DNA of 64,000 nt, taken from positions 273 through 64,272 of the IMG/VR virus record IMGVR_UViG_3300010373_000047. One strand, given 5' to 3'. A program made the position numbers and the translations under genes. The notes under the pieces are model-generated. The model worked only from the letters and a program-made list of their open reading frames with translations. It was not told the DNA's origin and did not search any database. This document shows, piece after piece, positions 37,401-46,718 of this stretch (positions are counted from its first letter, which is position 1; every line of letters begins with the position of its first letter). This DNA is from a virus (taxonomy: Duplodnaviria; Caudoviricetes).

Positions 37401-37810
37401 CGGCCCGCGATCAGATCGAGGGCTTGCTGGCGATAGATTTCAGCCTTGCGACCCAAGATATCGAGACAGTGGGAAAACGACCAATCGCCGCGCGATCCGT
37501 TCGTAAACCAGTCGCGAGCGTCGTCGCGGTATGATGCGCGCACCTCCGGCGTAAGCTGCGGATCGGACTCGAACTCGCCTTTCAGGTCGTCGAGCGCTCG
37601 CTGTACCGTGTGGTACGCCAGAACGATCATTGATCGTTGCTCGATTTCAGCTTGACGACACGCCTCGACAAAGCGCTCTGCCGTTTCGCAGCGGCGCTGT
37701 TTGCGCTTAGCGCCCGTCAACAACCGGACCATGCTCGCGGAAAACTCGAGCGGCTGTGGAGCAGCCGCCGCCAGATCGGTGAAATCAACAACCATTTTCG
37801 TGTAACCCAC
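37382..37810 (-). CDS. Hypothetical helical protein (paralog B)
   Basis: TVQRALDDL...ARDWF...WSFSHCLDILG. Confidence 0.55.
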   Translation of the reverse strand: MGYTKMVVDFTDLAAAAPQPLEFSASMVRLLTGAKRKQRRCETAERFVEACRQAEIEQRSMIVLAYHTVQRALDDLKGEFESDPQLTPEVRASYRDDARDWFTNGSRGDWSFSHCLDILGRKAEIYRQQALDLIAGRCTTQA

Positions 37811-37817
37811 CCCCGAT

Positions 37818-39119
37818 TTACGTTGACAAGAAGCTAGCGCACGGCCCGTAGAATGTCAAATTTACCACTCCTGTTTCGCCGTCGCGCTGTTTGGCAATAA
37901 TTACCTCGGCTGTGTCTTTGGCTTTCGGGTTATAGAATTTCGGTCGATATAACAACAGAACCAGGTCGCCGTCCTGCTCGATTTGACCAGAGTCGCGTAA
38001 ATCCGACAACGTCGGACGAGGTTCGTTGCGCTCCTCGCATTTGCGGCTGAGCTGCGCAAGCGCAAACATGGCGACGCGCATGTCTTTCGCGATATTTGTT
38101 AACGCGATGCTGACTCCGGCCACCTCCTGTTCGCGATTTTCGTTTCGCTTGCCGGTAACGCCTCGCATTTTTTGCAGATAATCCACGATGATTAAATCCA
38201 ATCCGCCAGCCTCGCGCGCTATACGCATCGCCGAAGCCTTGAGCGTAACCGGATTGACTGTTTCGTCGTGGATATAGATCGGTAAATCGGCAAACGCTTG
38301 TGATGCCTCTTTAATGCGTTCGATCTCCTCCGTGGTGTATGGAGGTGCGTCAGTACCGCGCCGCGACCGAACCTTGGCGCGCGAGCATATCGCGCGAACC
38401 GTCAACGCCTGAGCCGTCATTTCGAGGCTGAATATCGCAACCTTGGCCCCTTTGTCTGCGGCGTTGTTCGCGATATTGAGCGCAAGCGCTGTCTTTCCCA
38501 TTCCTGGGCGAGCGCCGAGAATCGTCGTCGTTTGCGGATGCAAGCCTCCCGTGATGGCATCGAGCCGCGCGAACCCTGTAGGCACCCCGACGGTTCCGTC
38601 ACCGCTCAGCATCCTATCGGCCGTCGCGCCCGCGATATCGCCTACTTTGACGTGCGCCCGACGGACGTCGCGATGGAATATCTCAGCCAGCTCGCGTTCC
38701 GCCTCGGAGCAGATTTCGGCCGTCGCTGGGATCGGTAGCGCAAGCGCTCTTGTGCGGTATTTCTCCATCGCAGCCGCCATCGCGCGGAGCACAGCCTTGT
38801 CGCGGATTTCCGTAACGTACATATCGAGGTGCTCGATTTGCGCACCCATCATGCACGCCGTCAAATACGAGCGCAGCGCATTCTCGCTGTTGATAAATTT
38901 TCCTTTCGCAAGCAGGCGGTCCGCGAGGATACCTTCGTCGATTGCCTCGGATTTCATGTCGGGAGCGAGCGCTAACAATTCGGCATACACGGCTCGGGAT
39001 GCCGGTTGGTAAAAATCGCTAGGCTCGAGCGCCGCCTGGATCGGATAAATCAAATCAGCTCTTTTGAGCACGCATCCGATCAATCGATCCTCTTGGTGGG
39101 TTGCTGCCGGTTCTTTCAT
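37818..39119 (-). CDS. dnaB: Replicative DNA helicase
   Basis: GVPTGF..LD, LGARPGMGKT, FSLEM, IVDYLQ, AQLSR, DLRDSGQIEQDGD, IIAKQRDG. Confidence 0.95.
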   Translation of the reverse strand: MKEPAATHQEDRLIGCVLKRADLIYPIQAALEPSDFYQPASRAVYAELLALAPDMKSEAIDEGILADRLLAKGKFINSENALRSYLTACMMGAQIEHLDMYVTEIRDKAVLRAMAAAMEKYRTRALALPIPATAEICSEAERELAEIFHRDVRRAHVKVGDIAGATADRMLSGDGTVGVPTGFARLDAITGGLHPQTTTILGARPGMGKTALALNIANNAADKGAKVAIFSLEMTAQALTVRAICSRAKVRSRRGTDAPPYTTEEIERIKEASQAFADLPIYIHDETVNPVTLKASAMRIAREAGGLDLIIVDYLQKMRGVTGKRNENREQEVAGVSIALTNIAKDMRVAMFALAQLSRKCEERNEPRPTLSDLRDSGQIEQDGDLVLLLYRPKFYNPKAKDTAEVIIAKQRDGETGVVNLTFYGPCASFLST

Positions 39120-39883
39120 CGGACGTTAGTTTTCATCACTTTCTCAACGGCCTCGGCAAGCACCGGATCGAGCTCGCCAGAATCGTAATCGTTAAGGTCG
39201 CGATAGACGGGCGCAGGCTGTTTGACGCGAGCGGCGGGCTTGTTCCATTGCGCATACTTGCGCACCCACGTATGCCAAGCCAAACCCCAATCTTTCATCA
39301 GCGATCCTCGCCCCTCGTGGTGTTCTCGGAACCCATCGAACTGGTCGTCGATTGCAGACTCTGGCATTCCACGGTCGAGCGCGAACTGTCGCAGCTTGTC
39401 GTCGAGTTTGAACGAATCCGGCAGCGAGTGTCGTTGGCGTGGGCGCGTTGCGCGCACCACAGGTTCTATTGACGGATCACATAACGGATCACATAACGGA
39501 TCTCCGGCACCGTGTGCCGGAGGGAGCGGCACCGTGTGCCGGAGGTCCTGGCACGTCGTGCCGGAGGGAGCGGCACCGTGTGCCGGAGGGAGCGGCACCG
39601 TGTGCCGGAGGGTTAGCATATACACGAGCTGATACACATCGCTAGAGCGTGCACCGCTTGCGGTAAAGCGGTCTTGTCGTCGAATCAACCCAAGCTCCTC
39701 GAGGACGGCGAGCTGCTTCCGCACACCGCGCTCGGACTGCGACGATATATCGCTGATCGTTTTTTGGCTTGGCCACGCATACCCCTGGTCGTTTGCGTAG
39801 TTCGCCAAAGCGATCAAAGTCAGTTTGGTTTGGGCGCTCAGGCCAGTAAGCTTGAACGCCCCTGAAATCGCTTCGATGCTCAA
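39116..39883 (-). CDS. Replication initiator (lambda O-like, N-terminal wHTH)
   Basis: TTG start overlapping upstream stop; KLTLIALANYANDQGYAWPSQKTIS...SERGVRKQL..LEELGLI; C-terminal F..HH.....KDW..AW.TW; directly upstream of dnaB. Confidence 0.8.
   Translation of the reverse strand: MSIEAISGAFKLTGLSAQTKLTLIALANYANDQGYAWPSQKTISDISSQSERGVRKQLAVLEELGLIRRQDRFTASGARSSDVYQLVYMLTLRHTVPLPPAHGAAPSGTTCQDLRHTVPLPPAHGAGDPLCDPLCDPSIEPVVRATRPRQRHSLPDSFKLDDKLRQFALDRGMPESAIDDQFDGFREHHEGRGSLMKDWGLAWHTWVRKYAQWNKPAARVKQPAPVYRDLNDYDSGELDPVLAEAVEKVMKTNVR
39472..39612. repeat. Probable origin iterons: 5 x 22-bp CGGCACCGTGTGCCGGAGGGAG plus 2.5 x 12-bp ACGGATCACATA
   Basis: Units at 39505, 39527, 39549, 39571 and 39593 inside the initiator gene. 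Confidence 0.8.
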
Positions 39884-41079
39884 AACGGAATCTCCTCGGT
39901 CGGTTCGGTTTTCGGTGCTTCTAAACCCCACGCAACCCACCCCGCCCGCGCCCGTCGAGCAAATAGCTCGATCTTCGGCACGTCCGGATACATACGCTCG
40001 AGAATGTCGTATATCTCGTCGGGCTTGCGCGAATGCTCGCGTCGTGGCGCATTCACCACGGATGATACCCGATTCTCGGGCAGTGGGGTAATAGGAGCGC
40101 CTCGCGAACCCACAAGTAAAACCTCGTGCTGTGCGCGAAAATAGTATCCTGGCCCGATGCTGGGCTTGACCCAAATCGCTTGCGAGCGGTACGAAAATCC
40201 CCAACGGTTCAGGATGCCAATCGCCTCCTCGACCTTCGCGGGCGGGCACCACAGGAACAGCATCGCGTCCTCGGTTAGAACGTTCTTGACTGGCAGCGCC
40301 CCGATGGCGTCGAGGGTCATCGTCGGATACTGATTTTCGACGTCTCGCGAATCCGATACAGGATGTTCGTATTGCCACGGCGGATCGGCGAGCACAAGCG
40401 CGAATTTCGCGCCCTGAAACTCCATCGTCGGGGTGCCTTCGTCAATCAGCTTGCCGATGCGCTTACGGAACCGCGCTGCATCAGCCGCCCGACGAATTTC
40501 CTTGGTGTTGCCTGCCGCCACCGTCGCCTGTTCGGGTTGCGGCAAATCAAGCAGGTGGTAGGCTTGCCCGACCTTGCACTTACCAGATTCGATTGCCGCC
40601 ACCAGCGCCGGATCGCCATCGCGGAGAACAGCCGCCGCCTGGTCGACTGTTGCGCGACCGACGGCGAAATCGTCGGCTGCTTGTTTACTGAGTCGCCCAA
40701 CGACTTTTTTCGGTAACGCCTCGCCGTTCGGCCCCGCGATCTCCTGGGCATAAAACGGCTTGGCTCGCGCCGCCGCGAGCGCTCGTTGCGATTCGTTCAG
40801 GTGGCGTCGGTAGAAGTTGACGCTCAGCACGAAATCTACAAGCGATCCGTTGCCGTCCCAAAACCGAACCGGCACGGGTTCGATGCCGAGCTCTTGCGCC
40901 GCGCGATAGCGGTGTCGGCCGTCGATGATTTGGTCGTTGTATAGCCAAATCGGCTCGCGGATTCCATGATCTTTGATGTCGCGCTTAAGCTCTTGGAAGT
41001 CCGCCTCCGGCATCACAGGAAGGATGCCGGTAACTGGGTGGCACTCGAAAGGCACCTGTCGTGGTTCGATTGTGATCAT
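39880..41079 (-). CDS. ParB-like N-terminal domain fused to MT-A70 family adenine methyltransferase
   Basis: LKRDIK.HGIREPI...IIDGRHRYRA; N.YRRHLNESQRA; LADPPW, LFLW, WVK, HEVLLVGSRG, HSRKP, ELFAR. Confidence 0.9.
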   Translation of the reverse strand: MITIEPRQVPFECHPVTGILPVMPEADFQELKRDIKDHGIREPIWLYNDQIIDGRHRYRAAQELGIEPVPVRFWDGNGSLVDFVLSVNFYRRHLNESQRALAAARAKPFYAQEIAGPNGEALPKKVVGRLSKQAADDFAVGRATVDQAAAVLRDGDPALVAAIESGKCKVGQAYHLLDLPQPEQATVAAGNTKEIRRAADAARFRKRIGKLIDEGTPTMEFQGAKFALVLADPPWQYEHPVSDSRDVENQYPTMTLDAIGALPVKNVLTEDAMLFLWCPPAKVEEAIGILNRWGFSYRSQAIWVKPSIGPGYYFRAQHEVLLVGSRGAPITPLPENRVSSVVNAPRREHSRKPDEIYDILERMYPDVPKIELFARRARAGWVAWGLEAPKTEPTEEIPF

Positions 41080-41150
41080 AGGTGTCTATTATTAGACACC
41101 TCCTCGAAAACGTCAAAATTTGACTTTGTGGATCGGACTACGCAATCCTA
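41080..41150. promoter_or_regulatory. Divergent promoter region with palindrome AGGTGTCTA-N4-TAGACACCT
   Basis: Back-to-back TTGACG (-) and TTGACT (+) at the strand switch. Confidence 0.55.
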
Positions 41151-41447
41151 TTCGAGGTGACGCGATGGCAAAAAATACGACGAACCACAAAGAGTGCATT
41201 GTCGATGGTTGCCATCGTTCGCGCCGCGCGTTGGTTCCGAGCCGTGGTTACGTTATCAGCAAACACCACGATTTGTGCCGCCAGCATTTCCAAAGCGCCC
41301 TGTTATCAATTCGGGCGAATTTGATGCGTGGACAAGCTACCGAAAGACGCTCTGTCGATCTGGGACCAGCTATGCGCCCGTGGGTATTGGGTAGTCACGG
41401 GCGATATTTTTGACAATTCACGAGACGAGGCGCATTTTAGGTCAATC

Positions 41448-42170
41448 ATGGCAGACAAACAGCCTTTCGAGACAGCGCGGACGGTGCCGTTCGGTGTACG
41501 GCTGGCGATGGTGCGCCAGCAGCTCAGTTACATCGAAAAAGACGGCTTTAACGAGTTTCACAAATACAAGTACGTCAAAGCCGAGGACGTCCAGGCACAA
41601 GTGGGCAAGGCGCTCGCCGAAAACTTTATTTTGGTTCGCACGCGCAACGCTTTGCACGAGTTTAAAGCCATCTCGGACAAAGAGATGGAATGCACGCTCA
41701 GAATCGAATACGGGCTCGCGGACGCGTTCGAGCCAGAAAACGACGCGAAGGTGTTGTGGTTTCCCGTCTGCGGCATCGGGCGCGACAAGGGCGACAAGAG
41801 CGCATACAAGGCGAGCACCGGAGCGCGCAAGTATTTCTTGATCGACGCGTTATTGCTGCCGATTGGCGACGACCCCGAGGATTCCGCGAAAGACGACGAG
41901 GAACGTGCCAAGGGTAGCGTCGCGACGAAACCTCAATCTGGTGCGCCCGCCTCGCCTGATACAGCTCAGCCGTCCGGCACAAAATTAACGGGTGACCAGG
42001 TGGCTGAATTGATGCAGCTTGTCGAGGCCACCAACAGCGATCTCGGGCGCGTTCTTAATCATTTCAAAGTGACGATAATCGCCGACGTGCCGTATAAAGA
42101 GGCCAAGTCTCTGCTTGAGAGAAAACGCGACCAGATGCGCGCCGCCGAAACCGGAACGCCACAGCCGTGA
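41448..42170 (+). CDS. ERF-superfamily single-strand annealing protein
   Basis: IEKDGFNEFHKYKY, G.GRDKGDK..YKA.TGARKY.L...LLP.GDDPE. Confidence 0.85.
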   Translation: MADKQPFETARTVPFGVRLAMVRQQLSYIEKDGFNEFHKYKYVKAEDVQAQVGKALAENFILVRTRNALHEFKAISDKEMECTLRIEYGLADAFEPENDAKVLWFPVCGIGRDKGDKSAYKASTGARKYFLIDALLLPIGDDPEDSAKDDEERAKGSVATKPQSGAPASPDTAQPSGTKLTGDQVAELMQLVEATNSDLGRVLNHFKVTIIADVPYKEAKSLLERKRDQMRAAETGTPQP

Positions 42171-42445
42171 AATATCGCATCGCAAAAATAGTCTGGGTCG
42201 ATTCGTTCGACCCTCATGGCGGATCGTGGGGAGATTTATCGCGACTACAGCCGCAAGACTATGATGCTCGGTGTATTAGCGTGGGGTACGTGATGGATAG
42301 CCCCGACCCTGCATTGCTGGTGATCGCCCCGCATATTTCCATCGAAGCCGATCAGCGAATCGGTCAGACGAATGGCGTGTTGTGTATCCCGCGATCCGCG
42401 ATCGTCGCAGACGAGACGATTTTTGAAACAGACAACTTGATATGA
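42167..42445 (+). CDS. Hypothetical protein
   Basis: IVWVDS...W...C.SVGY...IPRSAI, a phage-type motif. Confidence 0.6.
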   Translation: MKYRIAKIVWVDSFDPHGGSWGDLSRLQPQDYDARCISVGYVMDSPDPALLVIAPHISIEADQRIGQTNGVLCIPRSAIVADETIFETDNLI

Positions 42446-43404
42446 ACGATCCAGTAATCATCAACGATTCGGCAAAAGAAATCCTCCTCGAGCAGAACTC
42501 TCCCGACTGGGACGCATGGCGCAAGAAAGGAATCGGAGCGTCAGAGGTGCCGACTATCATGGGCGAGAACCCCTACGGAAATGCCTTGACGCTGTTTCGC
42601 GTCAAGCTCGGGCTCGAGCCACCTTTCCAGGGTAACGCCGCTACGCGAAGAGGACACGCGCTTGAGCCGCTCGCGCGCCGCGCCTATTTCGAGCAAACGG
42701 GCGAATCGGTTGTGCCTCATATCTACCAATCGCTCAGGGTGGCGCACCTGCGGGCGTCGGTTGACGGCATCAATTTCGATTGCGATCTCGTAGTCGAAAT
42801 CAAATGCCCATCCGTTCCTAAGATTTTCAATATGGCGCGCGAGGGGATTGTGCCGTCGTATTATTACGGGCAGGTGCAAGCACAACTATTCGTCACTGGT
42901 GCTAGGCGTGCCCATTTTTGGGTGTGGTACGACGGCGTTGGGGCGTTAGTCGAGGTTGCGCCCGACGCTGAATACATATCACGCATGATTGATGCTGCGG
43001 ATCGCTTTTGGAATGCGGTTAGCGCGGGAGCATGGCCCTGGGTTGGTCATAACGTTCCGGCTGTTGCCGCGCCAATCGCCGACGGCGGTGCGCAAGCCGA
43101 CGCGACCACCAAAACAAAATCCTATGACGGTGACGATTTGTGGAAGGTCGCTGCTGCTGGTTATCGTTTCTGGAAAGGCCAGGTGGACGCGGCGCAGAAG
43201 GAGCTCGAGGAAAACGAAGCGGTTTTGCGCAAGATGGCGGACGGCTTCGACCACGCTACGGGCGCAGGCGTCAGCGTGACAAAGACCAACAGAAAGGGTC
43301 AAATTGACTTCAAGTCAATTCCCGCCGTAATCTGTATGTCCGAGGCCGACCTCGAAAAGTATCGCAAGAAGCCCAGCACGGTTACGACGATTACGGTGGA
43401 GTAA
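42442..43404 (+). CDS. YqaJ-like (lambda-type) exonuclease
   Basis: W..WRKKGIGASE, GH.LEP, ASVDG, VEIKCP, YY.QVQ.QL. Confidence 0.92.
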   Translation: MNDPVIINDSAKEILLEQNSPDWDAWRKKGIGASEVPTIMGENPYGNALTLFRVKLGLEPPFQGNAATRRGHALEPLARRAYFEQTGESVVPHIYQSLRVAHLRASVDGINFDCDLVVEIKCPSVPKIFNMAREGIVPSYYYGQVQAQLFVTGARRAHFWVWYDGVGALVEVAPDAEYISRMIDAADRFWNAVSAGAWPWVGHNVPAVAAPIADGGAQADATTKTKSYDGDDLWKVAAAGYRFWKGQVDAAQKELEENEAVLRKMADGFDHATGAGVSVTKTNRKGQIDFKSIPAVICMSEADLEKYRKKPSTVTTITVE

Positions 43405-43406
43405 AA

Positions 43407-43697
43407 ATGGAACTGACGCCACAAGACACAACGCGGCTGTATCGCGAGATTTGGGTGGCGCTTTTGCCGCACGACAAACCGGTGCCGGAATCGTTCTCTG
43501 TCGAGTTTCTCAAGGCGTCGATTGATATCGTCAAAGATCGCGCACACGCCAGCGTCGCGTTGTTTGGCGCGAACGGAACGTGGGCGTGCGAGATACGTTC
43601 AGATCGGGTTACAAGCGAACGCCTGCTCGGTGCTGATTTTGATGAGGTGAGGTTGCGGGCGCTCGCTGCATTTATTCGACTAGGAGGACTACGTTAA
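43407..43697 (+). CDS. Hypothetical protein
   Basis: Operon chain; RBS GGAG. Confidence 0.45.
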   Translation: MELTPQDTTRLYREIWVALLPHDKPVPESFSVEFLKASIDIVKDRAHASVALFGANGTWACEIRSDRVTSERLLGADFDEVRLRALAAFIRLGGLR

Positions 43698-44086
43698 TGC
43701 CGTCATACCAGAAAATGATCGTTGTCGGCCACCTGGGGCGCGACCCCGAGGTGCGCTATATTCAATCCGGCACCGCCGTTTGCAATTTCTCGGTTGCTGT
43801 CACCGACAAGTACAAAGACAAAGAAACCACCACGTGGTTCGCTGTTACGGTCTGGGGTAAACTTGCCGAAAGCTGCGGAGAGTATCTCAAAAAGGGTCGG
43901 CTTGTTCTAATCGAAGGCAAGGTCGATCTCGAAACCTACGACGCCAAAGACGGCACCAAACGCTCCCAGTTACGCCTAACAGCTAGCAACGTGCGTTTCA
44001 TGGGTGGCGGATCGTCGTCTGGTGATGGCGGACGCGAGAACGCCCGCCACGAGCGTGCCGTCGCCGACGAAGAGATCCCGTTCTAG
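43697..44086 (+). CDS. ssb: Single-stranded DNA-binding protein
   Basis: VGHLGRDPEVRY..SG.AVCNFSVA, TTWF, YLKKG..V.IEG, acidic DEEIPF tail. Confidence 0.95.
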   Translation: MPSYQKMIVVGHLGRDPEVRYIQSGTAVCNFSVAVTDKYKDKETTTWFAVTVWGKLAESCGEYLKKGRLVLIEGKVDLETYDAKDGTKRSQLRLTASNVRFMGGGSSSGDGGRENARHERAVADEEIPF

Positions 44087-44093
44087 CAATGCG

Positions 44094-44125
44094 TATTATC
44101 GACTAGCCGATAGCAGCGATACGAT
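44094..44125 (+). promoter_or_regulatory. Putative late promoter (TATTATCG-N18-TACGAT)
   Basis: Same motif as the - strand late promoters; upstream of the block ending in spanins. Confidence 0.5.
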
Positions 44126-44318
44126 GGCCAGAGCCAAACGATGCCAAATCTGTGTTGCGCCCGAGCGCGACGTAATCGACCGCAAGATACTGAGCGGTGA
44201 TTACAGCCCGACCGGCACCGTGCTTTGGCTACACGAAAAGCGAGGTTATCCAATAACGATCTATGAAGCGCTCCGCAGCCACAGACAACATTTCCACCAC
44301 CTCCGCACTAGAAGCTGA
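44124..44318 (+). CDS. Small CxxC...HxxH protein
   Basis: MARAKRCQIC...LRSHRQH. Confidence 0.5.
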   Translation: MARAKRCQICVAPERDVIDRKILSGDYSPTGTVLWLHEKRGYPITIYEALRSHRQHFHHLRTRS

Positions 44319-45465
44319 CCTCGACCAGTTTCTCGGCGAACGCAAAGCCGCAGAGCATCCCGACGAGGAAAAACGCGAGCTGCGGCAGGCGAACTATCGC
44401 CTTGCGCGTCAGCTCCAGCGTTTGCGCGAAGATCGCGACGAGGTGGTGCGAGCGGTCATCGAATCGGTAAAGACCGCCGCGATGGCGCTCGAGATTCCGT
44501 CCGTGCCGAGCCCCGCAATCGCGAAAAGTCGAGGAAACCATCGCGAGGAACAGGCAATCATCTGTGTAGGCGATCTCCAGCTCGCCAAGGTCACCCCGAC
44601 CTACAACACGTCAGTGTGCGAGCGACGGATGCAGACTTACGCCGAGGCGATTCGGTCGATTATATCGATCCAGAGAGCCGACCATCCGGTTAAGGTCGCT
44701 CGCGTTTACATGCTGGGCGATATCATCGAAGGCGAGCTGATTTTTCCGCACCAGCCATACCAAATCGACGCGTCGCTGTTCACCCAGCTTATGGTTGACG
44801 GTCCGCGCATTTTGATCAATTTCCTGCGCACGCTGTTGACGTTCGTCGACCGCGTTCATTGCGTTTGCATTCCTGGGAATCACGGCAACATCGGCGGACG
44901 CGGCTGGAAGGCGTACTCGCCAGCGACGAATGCCGACCGGATTTTGTACGCCCACATCCAGGCTGCGCTCGCGAACGAGCCGCGCATTTCGTGGGCGATT
45001 CCGTACCAAGAGCACGAAGCCGCTTGGTATGCGGTTGACTATCCGTGGGCACCGGATACTCGTGGAGGCAACCTGCTTTTTCACGGCCACCAGATTCCAA
45101 ACGCCTCGAGCGCCTCGGTAGCTACCGTCGCGCGCCGCATCTGGGGGTGGTCGTCAGGCGGGGTGCCGGAACCGTTCGACAACGTGTTTTACGGACATTG
45201 GCACACGCCAAAATACAGCCAAGCAAATCGTATCAAGATTATTTGTAACGGCTCGACAGAATCCACCAACACATACGCCCAAGAGCGGCTGAGCGCCATC
45301 GGCCAGCCGGTCCAGTTCCTTGGGTTTACTCACCCGCGTCGAGGCATCACTGCGCATTATTGGTGCGAGCTGGAGCGCGAGCCGGTAGTCTCGCCACAAG
45401 CGTACAACCTGCCCGCACCGCAACCGCTGCCGCCCGTTCGCAAAGCTAGGACAAAGCGTGGTTGA
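44263..45465 (+). CDS. Calcineurin-like metallophosphoesterase
   Basis: GDLQ, LGDIIEG, PGNHG, FHGH, GHWH. Confidence 0.85.
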   Translation: MKRSAATDNISTTSALEADLDQFLGERKAAEHPDEEKRELRQANYRLARQLQRLREDRDEVVRAVIESVKTAAMALEIPSVPSPAIAKSRGNHREEQAIICVGDLQLAKVTPTYNTSVCERRMQTYAEAIRSIISIQRADHPVKVARVYMLGDIIEGELIFPHQPYQIDASLFTQLMVDGPRILINFLRTLLTFVDRVHCVCIPGNHGNIGGRGWKAYSPATNADRILYAHIQAALANEPRISWAIPYQEHEAAWYAVDYPWAPDTRGGNLLFHGHQIPNASSASVATVARRIWGWSSGGVPEPFDNVFYGHWHTPKYSQANRIKIICNGSTESTNTYAQERLSAIGQPVQFLGFTHPRRGITAHYWCELEREPVVSPQAYNLPAPQPLPPVRKARTKRG

Positions 45466-45585
45466 TGAAAAGCAAATCATAACGGTCGCCGGACGTCGCT
45501 GTTGTAAATACTGCGGGCGCGAGGTGTCGCCAGCGGCCATTCTACACAACTGCGAACCAGGCACCATCAAAGAGGACAAGTCAGA

Positions 45586-46332
45586 ATGAATAGTATGTAT
45601 ATAGGCGGTCCGAACAGTGTATATATAGCTGGTCCGATGACAGGCTACCCCGAGTTTAATTTTCCGGCGTTCGACCGCGCCGCAGCACTTGGACGTTCTA
45701 TAGGCTGGGAAGTGGTCTCGCCAGCCGAACAAGACCGTGTTGAAAACGGTTTCGACCCCACAGGGCTATCTGGTGATCCGAAAGAGCTCGACGGCAAATG
45801 GGACATAATGAAAGCCGCCGCTTGGGATATCAAGATGGTCATGGAATGCGCCGCTATCGCCATGCTGCCTGGGTGGGAGAAGAGCAAGGGCGCGACGGCC
45901 GAACATGGGGTGGCGAAGTGGCTCGGCAAAAAAATCCTCGACGCCACCACATTCCTGCCGCTAGACGAAGCGCCGACCGCCCTGGGCGAAGCGTCGGCTA
46001 TGCGTAATTTCGGAACCGGTGCGACGCGCAACAACGACGCGACGCTACCCGATTACGAGGGGTTCGTATCGCCGCTCGCTCTGCGTGCGTTTGGCGAATA
46101 TATGCACAAGCACCGCTTCCAGGCTGATGGAACCGTGCGCGCCAGCGACAACTGGCAGAAAGGCATCCCGCTCGAATCTTACATCAAGTCGGGCTTTCGA
46201 CATTTCATGGACTGGTGGCTGTTTCATCGAGGCCAGACCGGTCGCGAAACCTTGGTCGATGCTCTATGTGCGTTGATGTTTAACGTGCAGGGGTACCTAC
46301 ACGAAATCCTTAAAAAGGAGCAAGAATCGTGA
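45586..46332 (+). CDS. DUF4406 (nucleoside deoxyribosyltransferase-like) fused to dATP/dGTP diphosphohydrolase-like domain
   Basis: YIAGPMTGYPEFNFPAF, LPGWEKSKGA.AE; then F.TGATR, NWQKGIP, RH. Confidence 0.75.
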   Translation: MNSMYIGGPNSVYIAGPMTGYPEFNFPAFDRAAALGRSIGWEVVSPAEQDRVENGFDPTGLSGDPKELDGKWDIMKAAAWDIKMVMECAAIAMLPGWEKSKGATAEHGVAKWLGKKILDATTFLPLDEAPTALGEASAMRNFGTGATRNNDATLPDYEGFVSPLALRAFGEYMHKHRFQADGTVRASDNWQKGIPLESYIKSGFRHFMDWWLFHRGQTGRETLVDALCALMFNVQGYLHEILKKEQES

Positions 46333-46718
46333 TCGTTGAGTTGGTTCAGCTCGTCGCCAATTACTGGTACATTCCGGTGATTGCGTTCTTGGCGCTCGCG
46401 CTGCGTATTTCTCGCCTGCAGGTCGCCGCAAACGCAGGCAAGGTGGCGACGGCGAACGCAGAAATCCGCCAGCAAAATGCTAATTTTGCGTCGCTACAGG
46501 ACAAAGCCGACGAGCAATCCAAACAGGTAGAGGCTTTGAACGTCGAGCTCCAACAGCGATCTAAGATGCTCGCCGATGCGAGCGAAAAGCTGCGCGCCGC
46601 TCGGTCGCGAGACCACGGCACAGCCGTCGCGATGGTTCGCGGAGCGGATCGTAACAAATCATGCACCCAGGCGATGGAGGATGCGGTGTCTTATTACCGC
46701 ACGCATAACCACCAATGA
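46329..46718 (+). CDS. Inner-membrane spanin (Rz-like)
   Basis: N-terminal TM, coiled coil, C-terminal Cys. Confidence 0.65.
   Translation: MIVELVQLVANYWYIPVIAFLALALRISRLQVAANAGKVATANAEIRQQNANFASLQDKADEQSKQVEALNVELQQRSKMLADASEKLRAARSRDHGTAVAMVRGADRNKSCTQAMEDAVSYYRTHNHQ

Noticed and set aside
39505-39612. CRISPR-like array
   Set aside because: Repeats are head-to-tail with no unique spacers, lie inside a CDS, and no cas genes are present.
40-41000. Numerous + strand ORFs in the six-frame track
   Set aside because: Antisense shadows of well-supported - strand genes in GC-rich DNA, with no motifs or RBS.
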